A stretch of 64,000 bases of DNA from Chrysomallon squamiferum (GCA_012295275.1 CM022666.1:4402001-4466000), one strand, 5' to 3'. Positions 13,626 to 29,027 are shown, counted from the stretch's first letter. Notes: a model not told the origin generated them from the letters alone. Numbers and translations: made by a program.

Positions 13626-14499
13626 TGTTGTTTTGTTGTGTATATGGGTGTGTGTTTGCTGTTGGATAATGTTTAAGCATGCTTGTTGTGGATACAAGTT
13701 CGGACAGTGTCAAATGTGTCTACAACAGAATGGATTAGAATAGAATAACTATACTGGAATTAAAATAAATAAATATTAAATAAATAAAAAATCTAGGTAT
13801 ATAATAAATAAATAAATAAATAAATAATTACGTTTTTGACAGATTGGGAATATAATTCACATGTTCTGATAACCATGTTCTAGGAGCTCTGTTTGGAATG
13901 GGAAATACCTCACAGTTAATGATTATTAACAAAACATCAAATAACTATCTTTTATATAAGCATTGTTTTGCAATGAAAAAGCATAAATTGTAGATTTGAT
14001 AAGCTAGTTACTGGAGTACTAGTTGGAACGGAGAAAATACAAACAGGCTTGCTACAAAGAATAGATCCTTTGACCCAAAACAGTTCACGAGTGTTATGTA
14101 GTCACTGAAATACAACTGCTCTTTCACAAAAGAATATGGTGAGGGGTATATTGGAAAGATGGAAACAGATACTGAGTTTAATTATTAAAAATAAGTTATA
14201 TGCTTATGAACTGAAATCAAAATATGAAGTGTTGTTTATATGGTAGGGAGAAAAATATTAGATATTGATATGGCTATTATTATAACTGTTAGGTATTCTG
14301 TATCATAACTTGTAAACATATCTGGTAAAAAAAAAAATAAAAAAAAAAAAAAAATGGAAGAATTTGTATTCTAATTCCCAAATTGCATAACTGCATAATT
14401 TGCTCAAATGGCAAACTGCGACAGAATCTAGAAATGTAATGTTTTCAGCTGCTTCATTTAATACAGAGAACAAAGATTTGTTTAATTGTATGTTATTAT

Positions 14500-14790
14500 G
14501 TATCATATATATATATCATATTGTATGTCAAGTCGTATTGCATCATTGTCATGTTGTATTATATCTTATAATCATATCATGTTGTATGATATATCATATC
14601 ATTGCGTATGACATCATATATTACATCATATCATATATATTATGTATTATAATATATATCTTGTCATATATAACATATATATAATGTCATGTTGTATCAT
14701 ATATTAGACATCATATATATCATGTATCATATCATATATCATATATATCATACATCATATATCATATATCATATATCACATCATATTGCA
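14500..14790. repeat. Degenerate (ATCAT)n pentanucleotide repeat
   Basis: Runs of tatcatatcatatatcat. Confidence 0.75.
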
Positions 14791-14832
14791 TCTGATTATT
14801 GTGTTATTTGGTTCCCATAGCAGCTTGCTTAC

Positions 14833-14958
14833 CTCCTGTTCCCCCATTGGCTGTTTCATGGTGTCTGTCATCCAATCAGAATGCAGCTCTCTGACAGCAT
14901 GTCGTCTGGGTGACACATTGGCCGTTTTTCCAGAAGATTCCCTCCAAGCAGCAGAAAC
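14833..14958 (-). CDS. Probable coding exon (126 nt, phase 0-0); contains three in-frame ATGs that could serve as starts
   Basis: Strong sites: ctgttgtttcag|GTTTCTGCT...GAACAGGAG|gtaagc. Translation is VSAAWRESSGKTANVSPRRHAVRELHSDWMTDTMKQPMGEQE. Confidence 0.72.
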
Positions 14959-15687
14959 CTGAAACAACAGAGACAGACACCTTTACAACAAACAGACGCA
15001 CAGACAAGTTAACAAATTAGTGAAGAGGCAAACAGATGGATGGATGAATGGATGGATGGATGAATGGACAAACAGAGAGATGAATAAACGAATGAAAGTC
15101 AATGATTGAAAAATTAATCAGCAAGACTCTTACCTTTTTATAGAAAAAAAAATAATAAAAAAATTGAATTAATTCCCTTCTTTCGTCTTCTTTATCTTTT
15201 TTTTATTTTTTATTTTTTTTAATAAAAAAATTTACTCTTGTGTTATCATCAACTAACAGCATTAAATAACTCAACCAATTTTTTTAATACAAATCACAGT
15301 TTAACTGACTTGAACTGACTCGAGAAAAAGAGAGTCCTGAACTAATATGATTTAAATTGTTAAGGTGTGAATTCGCTCAAGCGTGAAATATATGTGTGGG
15401 TAAATTCATTGTAAGTGAATAATATATAGTTTTTTTTTTTTTTAAAAACACTCCTTACACTTCACAGCACCTGATTTACACATTCTTCACAACAACAATG
15501 AGCAGGAATGTTTTGATAGATTTTATAATACAAGGTACTGTTATTATGTAGCATATATTATTATGTAGCATATATTATTATGTAGCATAAATATGGCATG
15601 TATGTATGTATATATATATATGGTAATATATAGGTACAGATACAAAAGTACCTGTATATTTTCATGATAAATAGGAGATAGGTATGT

Positions 15688-15718
<31 letters not shown>

Positions 15719-15769
15719 CAGATAGATAGCTATAGACAGAGAGATTAGATAGATAGACAGACAGACAGT

Positions 15770-16020
15770 CAAACAGACAGACAGATAGACACATAGTTAG
15801 ACAGACAGGCAGACAGACACATAGTTAGACACACAGATAGATAGACACATATTTAGACAGACAGACAGAGAGACAGATATATAGACAGATAGATAGACAC
15901 ATATTGAGAAAGACACATATTTAGACAGACAGACAGACACATATTTAGACAGACAGATAGACACATAGTTAGACAGACAGATAGACACATATTTAGACAG
16001 ACAGACAGACACATATTTAC

Positions 16021-16053
<33 letters not shown>

Positions 16054-16205
16054 TAGAGATAGACAGATAGATAGACAGACAGATAGACACATAGTTAGAC
16101 AGACAGATAGACACATATTTAGACAGACAGACAGACACATATTTACACAGACAGACAGATAGATAGATAGACACATAGTTAGACAGACAGACAGAGATAG
16201 TTAAA
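15770..16205. repeat. Compound 24-28-bp minisatellite built on (AGAC/AGAT)n
   Basis: Recurrent units agacagacagatagacacatagtt and agacacatattt. Confidence 0.85.
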
Positions 16206-16284
16206 TAGACAGAGGAAAAAAGTGAAAAATTAAATTGCACAGAAAGATATGTTACATCTAAATAAACACACACCCACACACACC

Positions 16285-16565
16285 CAGGGCCAGATTTCCC
16301 ATATAGGCTTTCTAGGCTAGTGCCTAGGGGGGCAGGATGATAGGTGTGGCAGTTCATGTTACATAAATTCCTATTTTCACATTTGATTTATAAATAAATC
16401 ATTATGTAAATGTAAAGCCATGTTTGTGCTTTCAACTAGATCACAAGTTCTAACTATTCATGTTACATAAACTAAGTGGGAAGGGCAAGGGGGACTTGAG
16501 CCTTGAGGAGGGGGCGGTAAACTTTCTTTAGCCTATGGGTGGCAAGCACGTTAAATCCAACCCTG
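16285..16565. mobile_element. Non-autonomous hAT-like DNA transposon (MITE), 281 bp
   Basis: The left end is CAGGGCCAGATTT and the reverse complement of the right end is CAGGGTTGGATTT (10/13 TIR match). Subterminal taggct/agccta motifs are present, and the flanks cacacacc/cacacaca are a 7/8 match to an 8-bp TSD. Confidence 0.65.
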
Positions 16566-16867
<302 letters not shown>

Positions 16868-17017
16868 TGATATTAATATGTAAACATCTACTCAAAATTA
16901 AATCAAACTAAACACAGTTTTAATACTGTGTATCCTTCCTTGTATGTCCATATTCAAGTCTGTTTATCTCTCTCTCTATTTATTTGTGTTTATTTATCTA
17001 TGTAGGTATCTTTCTGC

Positions 17018-17057
<40 letters not shown>

Positions 17058-17136
17058 ATATCTCTCTGTCTGTCTGTCTCTATCTATCTGTCAATATGCC
17101 TATTTACCTAAATGTATCTATATGTTTATCTGTTTG

Positions 17137-17185
<49 letters not shown>

Positions 17186-17348
17186 TTATCTATCTATCTA
17201 TATCTCTCTTTCTCTATCTGTCAATAAATATATCTATCTACATGTCTATGTATCTATTTATCTATATATATGTCTGTCCTAATTATCTCTAATTATCTCT
17301 CTCAAGCCCTTTTCCCCTTCCTTTTAAAACCAAACATAAAATACTCAC

Positions 17349-17525
17349 CCAGACATTGACACAGAGAATAAATTCCCATAAATAAACTGGCAAAGACGAA
17401 TCACGTACAAACCTCAACACGGACACAACAACCAGTTTCAAACTCAGAACTGAGGCTGAATTCAGGTCCCAGTGTGAAAGACGAGCAGCAATAAGAAATA
17501 AAATGCTCAACGGCACAAATTGCAT
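17349..17525 (-). other. Candidate alternative first exon (5' end unknown)
   Basis: A strong donor TGG|gtgagt at 17348 ends a complex non-repetitive island with no obvious acceptor. The ATG at 17525 is open in phase 0 to the donor (MQFVPLSILFLIAARL...CVNVW). Confidence 0.35.
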
Positions 17526-18462
17526 ACACAGACTGAATACAACCACTCGACTGGCAAATATTAAATGTCCGAAATTCTTAAGGAATAGTGAACCAGCGAA
17601 GCTGAACTTTGAATCCAAACAAACAAAAAAAAAATGAAGTGTAAAATACATAGACTTGGGATTGAAGCAACACTTGATAGAGAAAAAAAAAAATATATAA
17701 AAATTTTTTGTTTGAATAAGTCTTGTTATAAACTGGGTCATAACTATTAGCTTATCCCCAAGGGTAAAAAAAAAAAATAGAAGATACCTTGTTTTGAGGT
17801 TTTTTAAAAAAAACAATAGTTTTATATAAAGATTTAATTTTTTAATATCATGTTTATTTCATGGTGAATTGGTTCAGAGTGTTATTCTCTTTGGTTGTTG
17901 AAAATTATAACCTGAGGTGGAAAAATATAGATTTTTTTTAATTATTTTTTTTTTAATTGACAAATACTGTTCCTCATACCATTCACTGAGTTATTATTTC
18001 CCATTCTAACCATCTACTTTGCTGTCAGTTCTTCTGACTTCATTTGTTGAGTCGTTTACAATTCAAAACATGTTATTTTCTTTTAATTCTTGATATGTCT
18101 GTTCAGTTAATTATTTCTCTATAGGAGACCTCTTCACTTCATCAGTTAACATACACACATACTTCTGTTCATAGAAACACACACACACACACTCAAACCC
18201 ACCCAGCCCTCCCCCACGTACACACTTGATACAAAGATGCACACACACACACACACACACACATATACAAACAAACCTTTACAGATTTTGCAGATTAAAT
18301 AAAACTGTTAAATTATTATCAGATTTGAATAAAATCATAAAAATTAAATAAACTGAAAAAAAAAAAATAATAATAATAATCAGCATAATTTTTTTTTTTT
18401 AAATAGAAAGAAATAAAGATAAAAACAAATCATTAACCAAACTAAACAATTTAAAGAAATTG

Positions 18463-18498
<36 letters not shown>

Positions 18499-19065
18499 TT
18501 TTTCTAAAAGAATAACAAAATTTTTTTTAACCAAAACAAAAATATTTTGCTAAATGCAAGAAAACACTTTTCATAAAAGAAAGAAATGAACCTTTTCCCC
18601 CAAAAAAAAAACAAAAACATAAAACAAAAAAGACAGGTGGACCAAAGGAACACACAACATATGCAGTATGGATAACAGCACGGGCAAACCATTACAGGAA
18701 GTATGAAAGCAGCGAGGAGAAAATGTTTTCTACACAACTGATAACAGGTTTCTCGTTGTTCGCCGTTTTGCTCTTCTGCTGAATAAATCAAGTCATAAGA
18801 CATTTTTCGGTCCACACTGAATGAACTTCACAGCATCGGTAAATACCAACACTTGTTTGAAGTAGGAGAGGTGATGTGGAAAAGTGCATTAACATGTTAA
18901 AAGATGGGGAAGTGTATACCACACAGATGCAATATCAGTTTTTAATTAATGGGCGTATATGGGGTTTAACAAGCAGTTAGGCTTTTGGGGTGGGCTTTTC
19001 AGAGTGTTAATTTTTCTTGTTGTACATGTTGTTGTTATAATTATTAGTATTGTTGTTATTAATTG

Positions 19066-19108
<43 letters not shown>

Positions 19109-19369
19109 ATTATCATTATTATTGTTACTGTTATTCTTGTTATTATTACTATTACTGTTGTTGTTGTTATTATTATAACCACTACTACTACTACTATTAC
19201 TACTGCTGCTGTTGCTACTACTACTACTACTACAACTACTAATATTACTGCTTCTGTTACTGCTGCTACTACTGCTACTACTATTACTTCTTCTATTACT
19301 ACTACTACTATTATTACTGCTGCTACTACTACTACTACTACTACTACTGAGGTTTTTGATAAACAGTCT

Positions 19370-19478
19370 GTGAGCACTGTCAAGAACAGGAAATAAGCCA
19401 ATGTCTACCAGTAACAAGAACTGATTCTGTGACCTGTCACACCTCAGACACTCTAACCACTGAGCTAAACCAATGTCC
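19370..19478 (-). mobile_element. 5' fragment of a tRNA-derived SINE
   Basis: The minus strand reads ggtttagctcagtggttagagtg (Pol III A box), then a decayed B-box region, then ttggcttatttcctgttc, which resembles the ttcccattcca motif of other copies in the window. Confidence 0.65.
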
Positions 19479-19876
19479 AAAACAATTAAGTGTTAAATTC
19501 AGGCTAATTTTCAAATTAGTTAAATTTCCCAGAGCAGATTTCTCAGATCTATGGAAATTTAGTACATATGTGGTATATCAATGTGTATAGCATGGCCATT
19601 GAATAAAAATGTTAATTTAATTGTAAATGTTAATAAACCTTAGTAAAATTAATTTCCAAATTCATTACTTTTTACACTGAACAGGCTAATGCAAAGAAAT
19701 TTTACACATGCTTTGGTTAGTGTTTTGTTTTATTTATTTATTTTTATTTATTACCATCATCATCATCATCATCATCTATATCACTGTTATTATTATCACC
19801 ATTATTATCGTCATTATCATCCATATCATCATCACTATTATTATTATGGATGTCAGTATTATTATCATCATCAATC

Positions 19877-19908
<32 letters not shown>

Positions 19909-20283
19909 TATTATTATTATTTTTATTTTTTGCTTTTATTTCTTTCTTTATTAATTTGTTTGTTTATTTTGTTTGTTTTTGTTTGTTTGTTTGTTTGTTT
20001 GTTTGTTTATTTCAAGCCCTCAGGCTCTTTGATTTTTTTCATTCCTGCATTCATTTACTTTCTATTTACCACTTTCAGGCCAACTAATTTAACATATTTG
20101 GTTTTCATTCAAACTGCACTAATTCCCTCCACACTCATCTTTTTTTCACAAGCTTGTCAACTCTCAAACTGCAATTAATCTTCCTAAACCAACTTCACAA
20201 AATTAAGTGTTTAATAATCAGGTCTAATCGCATTACACACAAAACTAAAGATAAAAGAAGTCTAAAGTAATAGGAAAGCAGAA

Positions 20284-20328
<45 letters not shown>

Positions 20329-20437
20329 ACAGAAGAGAGAGAGAAAAAGAGACTAGAAAATTTGAAAGACAGAGAGAGAGAGAGAAATATTAATTAGAAC
20401 AATAAATATATATGTTTTATGTATATATATAAATATA

Positions 20438-20489
<52 letters not shown>

Positions 20490-22444
20490 AACAAACACAT
20501 CCCCATCAATTTAATTGATATGACAAAATTAATCTGATTTCCATTATTATCAAACTGGCATCTAAAGATTAAAAATGAACTACTCTTTTAAGTGACAAAA
20601 CAAGAAAGATAACTGGTTAAATAAAAACATAAAATAATAATAACTACTGTAGGAGAAGTGAAAAAAAGATAATAAAAGTAAATAAATAAATAATAACAAT
20701 ATTCACAAAATAAAAATTTCTTGTAAAAAAAAAAAAAATAAAAATAAAAACAAATGTAAACCTCACGTAAAAATATCAGAAAGTAAAAATATTTACTTAA
20801 AATTTCAAAAAATTAAATATAAAATAAGTAAAAATGTGAACTTTAAAGAAAAAAAGAAAGAAAAAGTTTAACTGTTGGTAATAAAACTCACTGAAAGAAA
20901 CTATAAACAGGTTTTAAAAAAGTTTTTTTTTTTTTAAAATCTTAAAATATATTTTTAACATATTAAGCATAGTTAAAAAATCATTTCAGTAATTTTGAAG
21001 TTGTCTTCATTACAATCTTTCTATCATCAAGACGTAGATTTTTTGTTTTTTTTAAATCTTTTTTTTTCCCTTTTCCTTAACTTACTTGTATCTTTTAACT
21101 CAGAACATACTTGTTAACAAAAAAAAAAAAATCTGTCTGGTTAGCTCACAAAACATGAGGTAAATCTGTTATCTCTGAATGAATATAGCTGATACATACT
21201 GATAGCGTCACACACACATATACAGAAAGTATTAACCAAAGGTGATATAAATAGATCTTGAAAAAAACAAACACTCTGTACTTACTGCTCTTGCACAAAT
21301 GAAAATAACAATTCATGTCACTGTGGATTCCTCACTGAAGAAGAGTTTTTGATTATTTTAATTTTTTTTTAAAAATCTATATCCAGGCCGATTTTGGGTG
21401 GTGCACATTTGTGATGTTACGCGTAGACATTTTAAAAAAAAATTCTGCATTACAAACACTCGGCCAAAGTTCACGGATGTTAGTTAAAAACAATCTTCTT
21501 CTTCTTTTTTTTTTTTTTATTTAATCGTTCAGTTACGCAGTCTGTCTGGCCCTTTAAGACGGCTTAGTTTATAGTAAGTAACCAGCCAATAGAGAAAGAG
21601 TAATATAGAGAAAAGATTAAAATGTCGAGGAATCATTTCTCTCGGATCGTGTATATATAAATTTAACCTTTCACCTGGAAAAAGGAAGCCATGTTTGTTT
21701 ATGCAGATTTCACATCTATTCGTTGCAAATTTTTCACTCACCACATAAAAAGTATAATAATTTTCATAAGAAGTGTAAAAATGTCATGCAAAATTCTTTA
21801 CTGCCTGTACAAAAGACCTTTTTTTTTTTTTCAAGGTATATTTTGCATTCATTAATACTAAAGTTTATATGCTTCCATGCAAATGTTTTGTTCGTATGTG
21901 CAAATGTCAATATTTTTTCCATGCATCTGTCAATATTTTTCAATCCTAATCTTCACTTTTTCAAAAGCAATGCTTTTACATGCAAATTGTTGCCTAGGTA
22001 ACATTTTTGATCAAAATATTTTAGATTTTATGTTCTACCATGAAAATATTATCTTCTTATGTACCATTTCACTGCACAAAAACCACCTATTACAGTAATA
22101 TTTTCTTATGCAAATTAAATTTTAAAATTTTAAAATATTCATCTTTTTATAACTTTAGGTAATATTTTATTGTGCAAATTTTATCTTGTTTAAACAAAAA
22201 TGTCACAGATCCAAATGAAAAATGTTAATGGTCTTGCTTTTGTTGATAACTAACAAATATCTTTCTTCTTTTTTTATTTGCCATCTTAGACAATTAACCA
22301 TGAAAAACAATCCCATGAAAGGTTCAAGCACGTTTGTCCTGAGCCCATTTTGTAGGAACCGAGGATTCCCGAAGGAGACAATATCTGGGAATTCTTGTTT
22401 GTTTCAGCTCTGAACTGATTTCTTAATTTGTTTTAAAAATATTT

Positions 22445-22483
<39 letters not shown>

Positions 22484-22752
22484 TTGGTCAGTTTTGTTTC
22501 TTTCTTGCACAGTTGAAAAACACATCAGAAATTTTTAATTTAACAAAACTCAACATAGTGAGGTGTGAATTTAAGAATCAAAATATCTTCTCCATTTTTT
22601 TTGTTTTTGTTTTTTAATTATTTTTAAATGTATTATAAATGAGAATTTCATCAAAATCATTAGTGGATTAAAAACCAGATCTTTTGAATCCATACCTTTA
22701 AAATATTCTGTCTATAAAATTCATCTTTATAGTTCTCCATAGCTTTACTTTT

Positions 22753-23045
<293 letters not shown>

Positions 23046-23434
23046 CTATCTACCTATCTGTCTGTCTGTCTATACATAACAATTCCATTTTACTAACTAA
23101 CATCCTTCATCCTCTTTTCAACTCCATCCCAATAACAGCTCACAGCAGGCATGCATGAACCCTAATCCAGTCTCGCTGACATGTTAACAGAGATTTCTAT
23201 CTTTGAGAATTGTTAATACAGAAATTGCTCAGATGATTACCAGCTCTTTGCTGTAAGGTTTCCAACTGGGACCACAGGGATAGTATTGTATCATTTCTAT
23301 TAGATTAATGTACACTGTTCTCTTAACAGAATCTGTCAGCTGTATCATTTATCATTATCCTGCTGTGACATACAGTCAGTATGTCACTAGTGTACATACA
23401 TACATATACATATATATATATATATATGTAATGT

Positions 23435-23800
23435 TCTTATGTGGACCTGATTCAAGAAAGGGCTAGTAAGTTAGTGTATCGTTCCTGATTTCTTTACATA
23501 TGTGACCTCATCTAATAAAGGGCTTATAAGTTAGTACACTATTGGTGATATCTTTACACATATATATATATATATGACACAATCCAAGAAAGTGCTCATA
23601 AGTCAATGGCCATTAGTAATATGTTTATATGTATGTGGTCATATCAGTTAAAAAGCTTGGTATGACAGAGTGGGCAGTGTGTATCTGTGCATGAACACTT
23701 CTGTGTGTTTCCCATGGAAAAGAATCACAAGTCAGTGTAGCTTTGGTGACATATTTATATATAATTATGTAGAGAAATGGAATTATTTATGTACAAAGTA
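23435..23800. repeat. Degenerate ~60-bp tandem repeat, 4-6 units
   Basis: Recurrent atatgtgacct..aagaaagggct..taagttagt..ggtgatatctttacata. Confidence 0.55.
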
Positions 23801-23941
23801 TGATGGAAGAGGAAAACTATGTATTTATCTCTCTCTCTATCTATCTATCTATCTGTCTATCTATCTGTGTATCTATCTATCTATCTATCTGTCTGTCTAT
23901 CTATTTGTCTGTCTGTCTATTTATCTATCCATCCATCTATA

Positions 23942-23979
<38 letters not shown>

Positions 23980-24661
23980 TCTCTCTATCTATCCATCCTT
24001 CTATCTATCTATCTGTCTGTCTACATATCTGTCTATCTATCTATCTATCTATCTATCTATAAACAGGTAGGGACATAAATAGACAGGTTGACAGAGAGAC
24101 AAACACACAGACAGACAGACAGACAGATAGCTAGTGAGTGGTATGGAGGGAGCAATGTTTCAAACAAAAAAAAACGAGAGACAATGCAACAAATAAAGAG
24201 AGACATCTACATTCTCTGAAGCAGAAACCAGTATCTTCCAATACAATCTTCCAATAAAATTTAAAAAATAAAAATTAAGGAAAAAAAAGCAGACTACAAA
24301 AACATCTTTACCTTAACCCTTGTTTAATAACTTTTTTTATTTTTTTATTTTTTACCAAATTTTTTTTGGCAACCGAAGAACAAAAATTTTCACCAATTTA
24401 AGACTGCAATGTTGCTAGCACTGGCTTCATTAGCAAAGTCTGTATCGAGTTGTGACAAGGCCTGATGTAATTTCTTTCTGCTTAGTTCAGTATTTATGAC
24501 TAGAAATTAGATCAGAACCAACAGCTCCTGTAAAATGTGGCGAAATTAACCGGTATTTTTCAGCAGAAATAGCGAAACAGTTTCTCCAACTTTTGACCGT
24601 GGAAAATACGATTTTAATTCATGAAGAAACATGTTTAAAGTCAAACCATGACCTGCATGTT

Positions 24662-24701
<40 letters not shown>

Positions 24702-24969
24702 TGTATGTGGGGTTTTTTGCTAAAAAATAAAGGCTAGTGACAATACAGTTTTGATTGCTGGTAGCAAAATAAATTTAATTCAAGCACAATTCAAGACAGC
24801 CTTTTTAAAAAATAAAAATGTAAAAAAAAAAGTTATTTATTTTGGCCTAGAGTTTTGTTTTAATTTCATTTATTAATTAATAATTGTTAAATTTATGATT
24901 TTTGAATTGTGAAGATCTTTTGGAAGTAGTTCATGAAATTTCAAAAATAAAAATGATATTTAAGAGTGA

Positions 24970-25135
24970 AATTAGCAAAAGGGATCTTTTATATGTAACC
25001 TTCCCATATACAGCAAGGAAAATCCATTGCCTTAGAAATAATTACTTGGGGTCCTGGTTGGAATGGAAAAATCAGTAAAATGGCAAACTTAGTAAAATGG
25101 GTCTTGTGACCTTTCAAATGAGTGCTATACAGCTT
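24970..25135 (-). mobile_element. Degenerate SINE body fragment
   Basis: The sequence agcaaaagggatcttttatatg..cttcccata..cagc..ctggttggaatggaaaa is the reverse complement of the core seen at 28580-28820 and 30350-30660. Confidence 0.6.
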
Positions 25136-26984
25136 TTTAATAAAAACTCTAAAACCTGACACCCATTAAGTTTTTAAAGTTTTTTAAATAAGGAAAACCA
25201 TTAAATAACAAACAGATCTTTCTTACAGTTATACTTCAAACAGGCCTCTCCATACCTAACATTATAAAATATGACATGAAGAAAAGATATCACACATTAT
25301 TTTTATTTATTTTTATTTTACGTTTGCCCTAAAGAAATCTAAAACATCTGTCGGTGGAATAAAAGATTCGACTGTTTGTAGAACTAACTGCATTTGTCTT
25401 GGACCAAAATAAAGAATATCACGTTCATAAAGCAGAATTTTGTTTTATCTTTTTGAATCAACAAGGTGTTTGCTTTTATTCGACTTTTATCTCATTTTAT
25501 TTCCTGTTCTTTTTTAAAAAAAAAATAAAAAAATAAACATAGGTGTGTTCTTGTAGACATGTGGCCAATTATTTTCATTTGGAAATGATTTATAATTCTT
25601 CATCTTCATCATCATCATCATCATATTCTTCTTCTTCTTCTTCTTCTTATTATTATTTTGTAACAGATAAATTCTGTTGCCATGGTAATACCAAGCTAAA
25701 CATTTTGATGTTTCATTCATGACAATATAAAATTCTGTAAATGTTAATTTTTCAAGTTCTGATATTAATTCTAATGTATTTATAACTCAGAACATGATTA
25801 ATGATAATTCAGAGTATGGTTTAATGATAATTTAAACCAAAAATAGTTGACTTATTTTTCAAACTATGATTTAAATAATTAAAAGAATGAAAAAGGTAAT
25901 AATTCAAATATTTGATAAATGTTAACATACTATTGTTTAATTAAAAAGAGAATTTGATGATTAATAACAGTTTAGTGTATAACTTATTAAAAAGACAGAA
26001 AGTAGTTTCATCAGATGATTAAAAATATGATTTAAAAAATATAAACTATGAAGCAGCAGTGACAACAGTAATATCAACATCAACAACAACAAAAGGAAGA
26101 ATACATCACCAACATCAACAAAAAAATGCTAAATTTCTTTCTTTCTTTTTTCTTTCTTTCTTTCATTCTTTATTTCTTTATTTATGTCTTTCATTTTCTT
26201 TTCTTTTATATATAAATTAATTTTATTCATTTTTGTGAACATTTATATATTTATTCATTTTTCTCTTTTTTTTTAAAATTATTTGAATTATAGCCTAAAA
26301 TATTCCATCTTTTTCTCTGCTTGTTAATAAATCAGAAGTGAAAAAAAAAAAAAAATCAAAATAAAAAAATTCAAAATATGACAGAGAGTTTCTAATCTAA
26401 ACATCAGCAATCAACTTTTTAACCATCAAACTTTCAGAGCAATAAATTTCCAAGCTTAACAACTTCCGGCAAATAAACAAAACGAAATACTTCAAAAAAA
26501 AAGAGACAAACTTTTAAAAATTAATTTTTCATTCTTTGTCTTAAACAATGTATAAACAGAATGCTTCAAAAAAACGACTAAATAAAAGCTTAAACAGTCC
26601 GCAGTGCACAGATTTTAAAAGAATTTCCTGTGAAGGTTTTAAACGTGGGTCTTGGCAAACAGTTTAACAATTCTGTTTTCACCGTAAGAAGCATCTGCAG
26701 AATCTATATTGTGTAATTCTTAAACAATCCAGTTTAGCCAATTTTCACACTCATGGAGAATTGTTTTGCCTATTTTCATACCTGTGCAGCACACAAATGA
26801 TTTAATTAGGCAGACGGCAAAGAAGGAAAAACAATCAGAACTGATGGATTCACGCGAAAAACCGCAAAAGGTGCAAAACTGACGAAATGTCTGTTATGAT
26901 TATAGCAGACAACACTTTGAAGAAAAATGTGTTTTTTCATAAACCGCACAAATAAATACAATATCAGCAATAATACTAACAACA

Positions 26985-27023
<39 letters not shown>

Positions 27024-27359
27024 TGATGCTAGTAACCATAGTAACATTAATGATAGTAAATATGATAAATAAAATGATGATCTTCAGCATCATGATAGCT
27101 AAATTTACTAAGAACTAAATTCACTTATTCATTCATTCATTCATTCAGTCATTCATCAGTCCATTAATTAATTTATTCTAATTTAACTCTGACACAAGGA
27201 AACGAAGAAAGAAAAATAAATAAATGAATGAACACTTAAAGAAATAAATAAAGTGAATTACAACATAAATAAATAAATAAATATTAATGAATAAAATAAA
27301 TAAAATGAAATAAATAAATAAATAAATTTTAATATTTAAAATTAAAAAAATTAAAAGAA

Positions 27360-27408
<49 letters not shown>

Positions 27409-27685
27409 AAATATCATTAAATAAATAAATAAATAAATAAACAAAATAAAATAAATATCATTAAATATCATTAAATAAATAAATAAATAAAATAAACAAA
27501 ATAAAAACAAATGAACAAACAAACAAAAAAAATTCCCCCTCCAAAGAAATAAATATATAAACAAATAAATAAAAAACAGAAACAAACAAAAAAACTGAAA
27601 TCAAGGAAAAAAGTCAAACAAACAAACAAACAAAATAAAAGACAGAAATACACAGAAAAAACTGAAATCTAAGGAAAAAAATAAA

Positions 27686-27901
27686 ACACACAGAACAAAC
27701 TGACACATAAAAACACACATTCTGTATCACACACAGAACAAACTGACACAAAAAAACACATTCCGTATCACACACAGAACAAACTGACACATAAAAACAC
27801 ATTCCGTATCACACACAGAACAAACTGACACATAAAAACACATTCCGTATCACACACAGAACAAACTGACACATAAAAACACATTCCGTATCACACACAG
27901 A
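27686..27901. repeat. 41-bp tandem repeat, ~5 copies
   Basis: The unit is acacacagaacaaactgacacataaaaacacattccgtatc. Confidence 0.92.
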
Positions 27902-27953
27902 GATAACATATTATTATCACCCCTCTGAATGACAGCTAATTTTACACTTTCAG

Positions 27954-27984
<31 letters not shown>

Positions 27985-28090
27985 CAATTATCTTCTCCTA
28001 CACACATCTTTCTTCCATTAAACAAGACAATTTTATTTCCTTTTCGTGCTTTTTAAAAAAAAAAAAAAAAAAAAAATCACGCTAAATCAT

Positions 28091-28210
<120 letters not shown>

Positions 28211-28509
28211 GTTCTACTGTCATCTCAGTGAAGCTCTGCATCTCCAGAATAATCAAGTTGAAGTTTTCTGTGTGACAAAATGTATGGACGGGCAGATGAC
28301 TAGCTTTTGTGTAAATCTGACAGGTTTAGCTGACAAATTGCAGTATCTGAGTAACCCAAGGTCTCATCAAGTGGTCCAATTAGCAGTGATAGTGTTTGTT
28401 GGGTTTTAACGAGCAGAAATCTGCGTCAGTGTCCACAAATCATTTCTCAGATATGAGAAACTGCAGAATCGGGTTAGAATTTTTTTTATTTTTTTTTTTA
28501 TATATATAC

Positions 28510-28820
28510 TGCTGCATTTTGGGGTGTGGTTGGATGCAAGGGTCCCTTGATTCCCCTTTCAGTTCACTTCTTCACCTTTTGGGATATTTCCAATTCCAAC
28601 CAGTGTTTTTTTGACTGGTTTATTTATCAAAGAGTGTGTGTGTGTGTGTGTGTGATTTCCTGTCTATGAGGTGGTGTTGGGTAAAAAGATTCCTTGCTGC
28701 TAATTGAGAAAGAGTAATCCTTTGTGTGGTAATGATGGTTTCTGTTCTGTTTACATGTTTGATTCCTAATAACAATTAAGTGTGTATTATAAAAGGTGTT
28801 TTTAACGAAAAATGTTCTAT
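28510..28820 (+). mobile_element. Degenerate tRNA-derived SINE copy (core resembles the Meta-domain SINEs as I recall them)
   Basis: The blocks atttccaattccaaccagtg..tcctgtctatgagg..taaaaagattccttgctgctaattgagaaagagtaatcc..ggtttc are colinear with 30350-30660. Confidence 0.62.
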
Positions 28821-28871
28821 AGTAATATTACATAAAACTCTTTCTTTCTCTCTTTTCTTTTCTTTTTTTTT

Positions 28872-28902
<31 letters not shown>

Positions 28903-28951
28903 GTCTCTCTTTGTCTCTATCTATGTCCTCTCTTCATTATTCTGTGTCTTT

Positions 28952-29027
<76 letters not shown>

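Noticed and set aside
19400-19478. Functional tRNA gene
   Set aside because: An A box is present, but there is no intact T-arm or acceptor stem and it continues into SINE body sequence.
19007-19480. 157-aa Ser/Asn-rich ORF with a complex N-terminus
   Set aside because: The N-terminus is a SINE head and the rest is (AGT)n/(AAT)n microsatellite.
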